A DNA stretch of 64,000 nucleotides from an uncultured Planctomycetaceae bacterium (GTDB taxonomy: Bacteria > Planctomycetota > Planctomycetia > Planctomycetales > Planctomycetaceae): NCBI GenBank assembly GCA_963815195.1, contig CAWFGE010000023.1, positions 192,001 to 256,000 of the forward strand. Direction: 5' to 3'. Shown in pieces: positions 44,286-53,051 of this stretch (position 1 is its first letter; each line of letters starts with the position of its first letter). The translations under genes were made by a program, and so were the position numbers. The notes beneath the pieces were generated by a model. It made no database searches. It saw only the letters and a program-made list of their open reading frames with translations, and was not told the DNA's origin.

Positions 44286-44690
44286 TCAATTGGCTGGCCG
44301 GATAATCTTGTGGTTTGCATTCAATTTCGGAACGCGTTGGCAAGAGGCCAATCCTTGAAACTGAATCGATTTGGACTCATGCCATTCCTTCAGCCAATCT
44401 TTGAGATCGTGCTCCCAAACCATTGGAAACCGTAACGCCATCGACCACAACGCGTTGTAATCAACTGTTCGTTTTGTGATGATTTCATTCCAAACGGCTT
44501 GACGGGCCTTATCGAGGTATCGTTCTCTCAACTGCACGTAATGAGACGAGGGTTCACCTTCCTCATCGAAGAACAGTTCACCCTGTCCCGTTTTTTTAAC
44601 CCGACGATTCTGTTGTGATTTCGCCCTGGCCGATTCCATATCTTTCATGGCCTTTTTCTCGGCCTTTTTGAATTCCTCAATCCCTTTCAA
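44286..44690 (-). pseudogene. 5'-truncated low-GC gene fragment, possibly the C-terminus of a three-Cys-motif partner (TcmP-like) protein
   Basis: KGIEEFK.AEKKAM...TGQGELF then a wHTH-like tail; abuts an unrelated fragment at about 44690. Family recalled from memory only. Confidence 0.45.
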
Positions 44691-45645
44691 ATGCCCTCAA
44701 CTCCGACACGCTTTATCTTCTCGGCACCAACGTTGATAATGGATTTTATGAAGCGATGGTCAAGGTGGAAAACTCCTTGGGGGCCTCTGTGGAATCCTGC
44801 TTCCAAATCGATGTCGGCAACACGCCGCCGACGATTACGGTCGATGGAACGAGCGAGTCGATGGCCGGGGACGAGTATTCCATCGACATCTCCACGTCCG
44901 ACCTCGGGCCGGACACCGTCAGCTCCTTGAGCATCGACTGGGGCGATGGGACGGTTGACACCGCGGCAGCGGCAGGCGGGACTTTCACCCATGCTTATGA
45001 CACCGCCGATGGATACACCGTAACTGTCACCGCAACGGACGAGGACGGCAGCTATGACGCCGATCCGCATTACGTCATCGTTCACGGCACGGATCCCGTA
45101 ATCTTCTATGCCTTCGCAACGCTCATTGATTCGTCGACCGCCGAGGTTTCTGTTGAGGTGGACGATTATACCCAGACCTCCTTGGCACTCGATTGGGATC
45201 TCGACGCCGACGGGGTCTTTGACGACGCCACCGGCGACGCCGTGACAATCACCGCTGGCCAAGGGGTGTTTCCGGGAACCAACGGCGAGCCATTCCAGGC
45301 GAAATTAAGGGCCACGAACGGACTTGGCGGCGCGGCAAGTCAAGTTTTTGCATTCCAGCAGGGGGGCCAATTAAAGCCTGAACTTCAAGACATATTGACT
45401 TCTCTCACCAAAGTTGAGAATCGGTTCCAAATAACAGGAGCCAACCCGAAGGGTATTCCAACAACACTTAAATTTCCACCGAATTCAGATACGGTAGTAG
45501 TTACGGTAGTAGTTACGAATGCTCAATTGAAGTCATTGTTTAACAACATGATGGTGCTAGTAACTATGCACAACGGAGCATTTCTTGATGCCGGTTATTT
45601 AACTCAACAACCACCTACTCCAGTTGCTTTGATGGAGTATTTCAT

Positions 45646-47424
45646 CCCGGATTATTCACCAAAAAAGCTGAAAAAAGAAGGAACCATCGCGTGACCCCCT
45701 GCGTTTAAGTGTTATATGCAATCCCAACACCATACGGAGGAATCACGCGATGGGTGAAGTTCAGCCTAACATTTTCGAGCCCGATTTCAATCGTTCCATC
45801 AAGGTCAAGGCCGTCGATGGGCGGCTCACGTCACACTCCGGTGCCGTTCTGCTGCGGGACTTCGATCATCGGCTCGGACTCACCGAATCGCTCGCGGATC
45901 AACTGATCGATCCTCGCCAGCAAGACCGCGTCCGCTATCAAGGCGTCGAACTGCTGCGGGAAAGAATTTATGCCATGGCTCTGGGAGAGTCCGATCAGGA
46001 TGATCTCGACCGGCTCGCCCATGATCCCGCCATGAAGATGGCCGCCTGGGACCGGCCCGGCGAAGAAGTGCTCAACCAACGCCTGGCCAGCCAACCCACT
46101 CAGTCCCGGCTCATCGATTGGCTGGCCGACTGCAAGACGAATCTCGAGGCCGTGCGGAGCGCCTTGTTCGACTGGATCCATCGGCACATCAAAAGCACCG
46201 GCGACAGCGACCGCCGCGTCCGCTACGCCACCATCGACATCGACAGTTTCCCGATGCAGGTTTATGGCCAGCAGCCGGGGGCCCGCTATAACGGTTACTA
46301 TAAAGAGACGGTCTATCATCCGCTGGTCGCGAGTTTCTCGGTGGGCGGCGACTACGACGGCACGCGGGAAGGCCAGCGGCTGGGCAACGGCTTCATTCAT
46401 GCCATCCTGCGGCAAGGCAGCGTGCATACGGCCAATGGCATCCGGCGGTTTATTCGCAACGTGGTCGGCAAGGCCCGGCAACTGGCGTGGAGCTTCGACC
46501 TCCGGATCGATGCGGGTTTCATCGCCGGCCCGGTGTTGGATGAGTTGACCGACGAAAACATCCGTTTTTGCGGGAGAATCAAGAAGAACAACGTGCTGGA
46601 AGAGATGGCCGCGCCCTATCTGACACGTCCCGTAGGCCGGCCGCCCAAAGGGGGATATGAGGACGTGATCGAACTCGGAAAGTACCAAGCCGAGGGCTGG
46701 CGTCATCCGCAGCGGGTGATTCTGGTCATCGTCGACAAGCCGGAGGCGAAGACGGGCCAACTGGCTCTGTTTCCGCGTTACTTCTTCCTGATCACAAACT
46801 GGACCGAGGAGCAACGCTCGGCGGATGAGGTGTTGTCGCACTACCGCAAGCGCGGCACGTTCGAGGACCGGCTGGGCGAATTCAACGCGGTGATTGGCTG
46901 CCGTCTTTCGTCATCGGTGTTTGCGGAGAACGAAGTGACGTTGCTGTTGGGCCTGCTGGCGTTCAACCTGGCGTCGATGCTGCGGATCGAGTTCGAGGAC
47001 GAGTTGGGCGGTTGCTGGGACTTGCATCGTTTCCAGCAGTCGGTGCTGCGGACAGGAGCGCGGGTCGTGAAGCACTCCCGCCGCCTCGTGATTTACATTG
47101 AGGAAAGCGTGAGCGCGTTTTGGGCCGCGATGTCTTCCCGCATCCGATCGCTGCGTCTGGCCAACCTCTGGCCACGTCCGCGCGGAGCTCGCCCGCGGCC
47201 CTACACACCTCTCCCACGTCACGCCCATGAGCAACTGGTTCTTCGGGACTGAGCAGTTCGCCATCGTGGCATCCGCCTTTCTGTTTCTTTCCTTCACTCA
47301 CCCAACGATCGCCAGGCCCCAGGGGGGAAAGGGGGCGGTCCGCCCATCCTCCGCTCCCCAACCACCCGGTGCACTTTCCGCCACGGAAATACTCACCACG
47401 CACGGACCTGATGAATAATCCGGG
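45646..47424 (+). mobile_element. IS1380-family insertion sequence (1779 bp)
   Basis: Perfect 13-bp IRs CCCGGATTATTCA / TGAATAATCCGGG; 5-bp TSD TTCAT at 45641-45 and 47425-29. Confidence 0.93.
45750..47252 (+). CDS. IS1380-family DDE transposase
   Basis: LTSHSG.VLL, LASQPT.SR, IDIDS, RIDAGF and YRKRGTFE motifs. Confidence 0.92.
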   Translation: MGEVQPNIFEPDFNRSIKVKAVDGRLTSHSGAVLLRDFDHRLGLTESLADQLIDPRQQDRVRYQGVELLRERIYAMALGESDQDDLDRLAHDPAMKMAAWDRPGEEVLNQRLASQPTQSRLIDWLADCKTNLEAVRSALFDWIHRHIKSTGDSDRRVRYATIDIDSFPMQVYGQQPGARYNGYYKETVYHPLVASFSVGGDYDGTREGQRLGNGFIHAILRQGSVHTANGIRRFIRNVVGKARQLAWSFDLRIDAGFIAGPVLDELTDENIRFCGRIKKNNVLEEMAAPYLTRPVGRPPKGGYEDVIELGKYQAEGWRHPQRVILVIVDKPEAKTGQLALFPRYFFLITNWTEEQRSADEVLSHYRKRGTFEDRLGEFNAVIGCRLSSSVFAENEVTLLLGLLAFNLASMLRIEFEDELGGCWDLHRFQQSVLRTGARVVKHSRRLVIYIEESVSAFWAAMSSRIRSLRLANLWPRPRGARPRPYTPLPRHAHEQLVLRD

Positions 47425-47752
47425 TTCATTCAATATCAGACAGAATGGGTAACAGAAGTTAAGAACGGTCAGAGACAAGACGTGGGGAGGACACCGTGGG
47501 CACCCGACGGCCCCGACCTTGCTGCGAACTCGACCCATCCTTTTGGATATATAAATCAGGAACTTATCCTCGGTGGTGCGTTAATGGATGACACTCCAGG
47601 TACGAGCTTAGTGTTAAAACGCGGCATCCATTTCAAAGGTGTCACCGGGCAGTGAAAACCGGCCACTTGTGGGCAGTTCAAAACCGGCCATTTGAGAGGA
47701 AAGGGATTCGTCATTCTGTTCTCCTGGGAGTTTTCTCAGAGGAGAACAAGCG

Positions 47753-49365
47753 ATGTCGAATCAGCTCCCGATGGACACGGTTCAAGCCATTCATGCCTTA
47801 CACGCCCAAGACTGGTCTCAGCGCAAGATTGCCCGCGAATTGGGCATTCACCGTTCGACGGTGGCGGCCCATCTCGCTTCAAAACCGGCCAAAGTGCCCA
47901 CCGGGTCCGAGGATTCAAAACCGGCCAAAGTGCCCACCGGGTCCGAGGCCCAACTGCCCACCGGGTCGGAGGGCCAACCGCCCGTCGAATTCGAGGATCT
48001 TCCTGAGGCCCTTGGAGAAGATTCTGAGAAGGAAGAGGCGGAACCTTCGCGGAGTCGCTGCGAGCCTTGGCGGGATGTGATTTTGGAGAAACTCGGCCAG
48101 GGTCTTTCCGCGCAGCGGATTTTCCAAGACCTGTCGAATGACCATGATTATGTGCATGGCTACGACAGCGTGAAACGCTTCGTGCGGCATTTGCGATCTT
48201 CGAAAGAGTTGCCGTTTCGGCGATTGGAATGCCAACCCGGCGCGGAAGCTCAAGTGGACTTTGGCCAAGCAGCGGCCGTCGTGGATGAGAACGGCCGTCG
48301 CCGCCGACCTCACGTGTTGCGCGTGGTGCTGAGCCACAGCCGCAAGGGTTACACGGAAGCGATCGAGAAACAGACCACCGATGGCTTCATCCGTTGTTTG
48401 GAGAGCGCGTTCTGGCATTTTGGGGGCGTGCCCAAGACGCTAATCATCGATAACTTGCGAGCCGCGGTGAGCAAGGCCGATTGGTTCGACCCGGAACTCA
48501 ATCCCAAGATTCAATCGTTCGCCGAGCATTACGGCACGGTGTTTTTGCCCACGCGGGTTCGCACGCCGAGGCACAAGGGCAAGGTGGAACGCGGCGTGGA
48601 CTACGCCCAAGAAAACGCACTCAAAGGGCGGACGTTTCAAAGCCTGCGCGAACAGAACGAACATCTTTGGAATTGGGAATCCACGGTGGCCGATACGCGG
48701 ATTCATGGAACGACCAGAGAGCAAGTGGGCCAGGCGTTTCGCGAGCGAGAACAGTCGGCGCTGTTGCCGTTGCCGCTCGAACGCTTTCCGTTTTTCCATG
48801 AAGCCGAACGGAGCGTGCATCGCGATGGGCACATCTCCGTGGAGAAGGCGTATTACTCCGTGCCGCCGGAATTCTTGGAAGGAAAGTTTGGGTTCGCTGG
48901 GATGCGCGGCTGGTGCGAATCTTCAATACCAAGCTGGAACAGATCGCCTTGCATCCCCGTCAAGAACCGGGAAAGTTCAGCACGCAGAACACCCATTTGC
49001 ACGCACAAAAAATCTCGGGTGTGGAACGCGGAGCCACTTGGTGGTTGGCGAAAGTCAGCGAAATCGGCCCGGAAACCAGGGATTGGGCCGCGGCCATGCT
49101 GGGAGCACGGGGCATTGAAGGCGTGCGGGTGTTGATGGGTCTGAAGCAACTCGCCGACAAGCATTCGCGTGAGGACATCGAACGCGCGTGTTGCACGGCC
49201 CACTCGTATGGAGCCTACCGTCTTCGCACCGTTCGCAAGCTGATCGATCGCAACGCCCCCGTGCAAGGACAGTTCGAGTTTTTGGACGAACACCCGGTCA
49301 TTCGGCCGTTGGTGAGTTATTCCGAGTTTGTGCAATCCGCTTTACGAAAGGAACAGAATCGATGA
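47753..49365 (+). CDS. istA: IS21 transposase IstA (frameshift near 48878)
   Basis: N-terminal HTH, EAQVDFG, FGGVP..IIDN, KGKVERGV and YYSVP motifs. Confidence 0.92.
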
Positions 49366-50337
49366 ATGGGAACTTAATGCAGATGCTGAAGCAACTCCGC
49401 TTGAGCGGTCTGATCGAATCGTTGGAAGTCAGGCTTCAAGAGGCCGTCGGCAACGGATTGTCGCATGCCGAATTTGGAGTTGGTGTTGAGCGATGAGTTG
49501 GCGATCCGTCGTCAACGGGCGATCGATCGGCGATTGAAGCAAGCCCAGTTCCGCGAGATGAAAACTCTCGATCAACTCGATTTTTCCTTCAACCCCACTC
49601 TCCCCAAACGCCGAATTATGGACCTGGCCACGGGACAGTTTATTCGCGAAGCGGCCGACATTTTACTGCTCGGTCCGCCGGGCACGGGAAAAAGCCACTG
49701 CTGCCAGGCAGTGGGTCGCAGTGCAATCAAAGCCGGCTTCACGGTGCTCTACCGTTCGATCTTCGATGTGGTCCGCGACTTCCTGCACGAGGCCGCGTTC
49801 GAGGGTGATGACAAAACGCTGATGCGCTACCTCAAGCCCGACCTGTTGATCATTGACGACATGGGCATGAAGCAACTCCCGAAGAGAAGCGGGGAATGCT
49901 TGTTCGAGATCATCCTTCGCCGGCACGAAGTCCGCAGCACGATGATGACCTCGAATCGACCGTTACAAGATTGGGGCAAGCTCATCGGCGATGTGCCCGC
50001 CGCGACCGCGATCTTGGATCGCTTCTTGGAGCATGCCGAGATCATCCAGATCACCGGCCAAAGCTACCGCCTTCGCAACCGAACGAAAGAGAAACTGGAC
50101 CAAGAGGACAAGGCTCAACAGGACGCCAAAACCGGCCAAGACGAGAAGCCCAGACGGGACGCCAAAACCGGCCAAAAGGAGACGGGGAATCAAAGCCCCA
50201 AAACCGGCCAAAGTGCCCACCGGGTCGAGCCCGAAGAATCCTCTGAGAAAAACTGCCCAGAAAATAAGCAAGCCAAACGGCAAAGGATCAGAAAAACCCA
50301 CCTGAGACTTGAGCCACCGAGGTCAAGCATCCGATAG
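49362..50337 (+). CDS. istB: IS21 helper ATPase IstB (frameshift near 49475) with a repetitive C-terminal tail
   Basis: LRLSG, GPPGTGKSH, LLIIDD, TSNRP, AILDR and GQSYR motifs. Confidence 0.92.
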
Positions 50338-50768
50338 CAAAACTGCCACCGACAGAAAGATTGTGCGACCAAGTCGCGTTACTAATCATTCACACCCCTG
50401 TCGGTTTTGAAGTGCCCACCCCTGGCCGGTTTTGAAGTGCCCGGTGACACAAAGGGGACCGAGTTGCCAACGGCATTAAGATCACTCTCATCAAAACCCC
50501 AAAACAAATCTACGATGGCAGCGCGTCTTACCAGGCTTTTGTTGCCAATCAACGAGAAGCTGGCCAAGACTTTCAAACATACATCGCACAAGCACGACGG
50601 CCGGGGTTCGGGGCGGCCTTTAGTATTCATCCTTATAGATACGTTGAATGGGGTTTCAAGCTGACTGGGACAGCGAACGGCTGGGACGTTACACTTACCG
50701 TTACACTTACCCAACCATCTGAACATGTGGGCAACGATCAGAATGTTTGGAACTTGTGAGGTAGTTCA

Positions 50769-51503
50769 ATGGTAGGTCTTTCAACATTAATTACTGCATT
50801 AGGTATTTGTTTTGGAACCATCTACTACACATGCCTGATTACGATGAATACAGACCGTGCGGTAACGCGGTGTGGGGGTTTAGCGATCGGTGGATCAATA
50901 TTACCGGACTGGATTTCAAGCCGTCTCGGTGCCATTAATGTTGTAAGGGAGATTCACTGTGCAAATGCCGACGCTATCCAGTTTCCGGAATCTAAAGCTA
51001 TTCTCCATGATCGTTGGATGTTTGGTGGGTCCGCCAGGATTTCCACGGAATTAGTCCAAGTCCTAGCGAAAAACGACCATCTGGATTACGTGCATCTGGA
51101 TTTCACGGAATTCAATGACTCACACCTGCAAATGCTGAGTGCTTCCGACAACATCACGCTGCTGGGCATCTGCGGGACGAAGTGCACGGATGACGGGATG
51201 AAGCATTTGCGGAAATATCGGCATTTGGAGAGCGTCTATCTCTGCGAATTGCCGATACGCGATGCCGGGGCGGCGGAGATTGCGAAGTGCAAGACGCTGA
51301 AATACGTCAACATCTACGAAACCTCGATCGGCCCCAAGGGGTTGGAGAAGCTGTTCGAGCTCCCCAAGTTGGAAACCCTCGTGGTCAGCGACAACGCCCC
51401 CTTCAAGGAGGAACTGTCCTGGTTGAAAAAGAAGCGGCCGAAAGTCAAGGTGGTGGAATTTAAAACCCAATATGACGCCGAAGGCAACAAGCGAGTGGAT
51501 TAG
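50769..51503 (+). CDS. Membrane-anchored leucine-rich repeat protein (copy 1)
   Basis: N-terminal TM; LxxLxLxxTxxxDxG-type repeats; starts 9 nt after the stop of the PKD gene. Confidence 0.82.
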   Translation: MVGLSTLITALGICFGTIYYTCLITMNTDRAVTRCGGLAIGGSILPDWISSRLGAINVVREIHCANADAIQFPESKAILHDRWMFGGSARISTELVQVLAKNDHLDYVHLDFTEFNDSHLQMLSASDNITLLGICGTKCTDDGMKHLRKYRHLESVYLCELPIRDAGAAEIAKCKTLKYVNIYETSIGPKGLEKLFELPKLETLVVSDNAPFKEELSWLKKKRPKVKVVEFKTQYDAEGNKRVD

Positions 51504-51737
51504 GACTCGGACAGGCTTCATCGATCGGAGTGAGCCTGCCGCGAAGCTCACCCCGCGGTGGCGTCCAGGTAGCCTTTGGCGGCGAGGTTTTCCAGGCGGC
51601 TCAAGTACTCGGTTCTGGCTTCATCCGTCGAGTTGAAGCGGAGGTTTTGGGAACGCAACTCGTCCCCGGCCCGGCCCCAGCGGAGGCGGAGCTTGTGGCG
51701 GTCGAGGGTGATTTGAAAGACATCTTCGCCCGCGGCG

Positions 51738-52154
51738 GCCCAGAACCGAGCCGCCTGGGATGCCATCCTAAGAAATACGGCGGCCAGACGATTGGTGATG
51801 GGCTGGTAACTATGAGCGATGCGCTTGGGCAATATAAAACGCTTACAAAAGGTGTCGATTATTCGGAAACACGAGTGCCTGGAACAAACATAGTGCAATT
51901 CATGCTGATTAAGACTCCTCAGCAAATTTTTGCTGCCGACGATACCCACCAGTCTTACGCTAGTAATCAATTCGAGGTAAAACAGGACTTCCAGACCTAT
52001 TTGGTGAAACATATTGCCCCAGCGACGTTCATTCCGATCAAATACGTCGAATGGAGCTTTAAAGCCAGCGACAACGACGACTGGCTATAACATTACGATT
52101 CTTACGCAGCCTATGCAGCATAACGGCGCGGATAACAACGTTTGGAATCTATAA
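51738..52154 (+). pseudogene. Orphan second C-terminal domain homologous to that of the PKD gene
   Basis: Shares LIKTP.QI, NQ.E..QDFQTY, YVEW.FK and terminal VWNL* (after a frameshift near 52085); no start. Confidence 0.85.
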
Positions 52155-52171
52155 TGCAGCGAGGTCGTGTC

Positions 52172-53007
52172 ATGACATCGAAAACATCCATTGCCACAAT
52201 CGGAATCTATTTAGGAGCGTTATTCTGTTTTACAATTCAGAATAACCAGGATATTGAGGATAAGGTTTACGAGTGCGGGGGCACCACGATTTCTGAACTT
52301 ATTATGCCCGCTCGGATCGTAAGCAGAGTTCCCGCTGCCCGTCTTTTGAACCCAATCAGGGAAATCCACTGTATAAATTCTGACGCAATCAGATTTCCGA
52401 TGCAGTCAAAGGTTGTTCTCCACGATCGTGATATAATTACGTTCCGCAAGGAAAAGAATGCGTATCTTTCCAAGGAACGACTCATAGCCTTGGAGGGGTT
52501 ATTCCACCAGCTTAATCCCTCACCCCAATGCGCAGCCCGTGTTTCCACGGAATTAATCAAAGTACTAGCGCGGAACGACCATCTGGATCATGTGCATGTG
52601 GATTTCACGGGTTCAACGACTCGCACCTGAAAACTCTGAGTGCGCTCCGATAATATCACCTGCAATTGGGCATCAGCGGGACAAAGTGCACGGATGACGG
52701 GATGAAGCATTTGCGGAAGTATCGGCATTTGGAGAGCGTCTATCTCTGCGAATTGCCGATACGCGATGCCGGGGCGGCGGAGATTGCGAAGTGCAAGACG
52801 CTGAAATACGTCAACATCTACGAAACCTCGATCGGCCCCAAGGGGTTGGAGAAGCTGTTCGAACTCCCCAAGTTGGAAACCCTCGTGGTCAGCGACAACG
52901 CCCCCTTCAAGGAGGCACTGTCCTGGTTGAAAAAGAAGCGGCCGAAAGTCAAGGTGGTGGAATTTAAAACCCAATATGACGCCGAAGGCAACAAGCGAGT
53001 GGATTAG
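52172..53007 (+). pseudogene. Leucine-rich repeat protein (copy 2) with indels near 52610-52665
   Basis: Divergent N half sharing CGG, REIHC.N.DAI.FP and LHDR with copy 1; C half nearly identical to copy 1. Confidence 0.8.
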
Positions 53008-53051
53008 GACTCGGACAGGCTTCATCGATCGGAGTGAGCCTGCCGCGAAGC

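Larger units (their letters stand above)
47640..50449 (+). mobile_element. IS21-family insertion sequence (2810 bp)
   Basis: TGTCACCGGGCA...TGCCCGGTGACA ends; reiterated AAAACCGGCCA subterminal repeats; 6-bp TSD CAAAGG at 47634-39 and 50450-55. Confidence 0.95.
44690..50759 (+). pseudogene. PKD/Ig-like surface protein with an unknown C-terminal domain, split by IS1380 and IS21
   Basis: IDWGDG and WDLDADG.FDDA.G PKD motifs; 44690-45645 + 47430-47639 + 50456-50759 join into one stop-free 1470-nt frame ending VWNL*. Confidence 0.85.

Noticed and set aside
45646..45694. C-terminus IPDYSPKKLKKEGTIA of ORF 44756-45694
   Set aside because: It is read-through into the IS1380 left end; the true frame continues at 47430.
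51530..52090. ORFs 51530-52090 (+) and 51548-52012 (-) as real genes
   Set aside because: They are chimeric read-throughs across the junction at 51735 between the duplicated SWIM tail and CT2.
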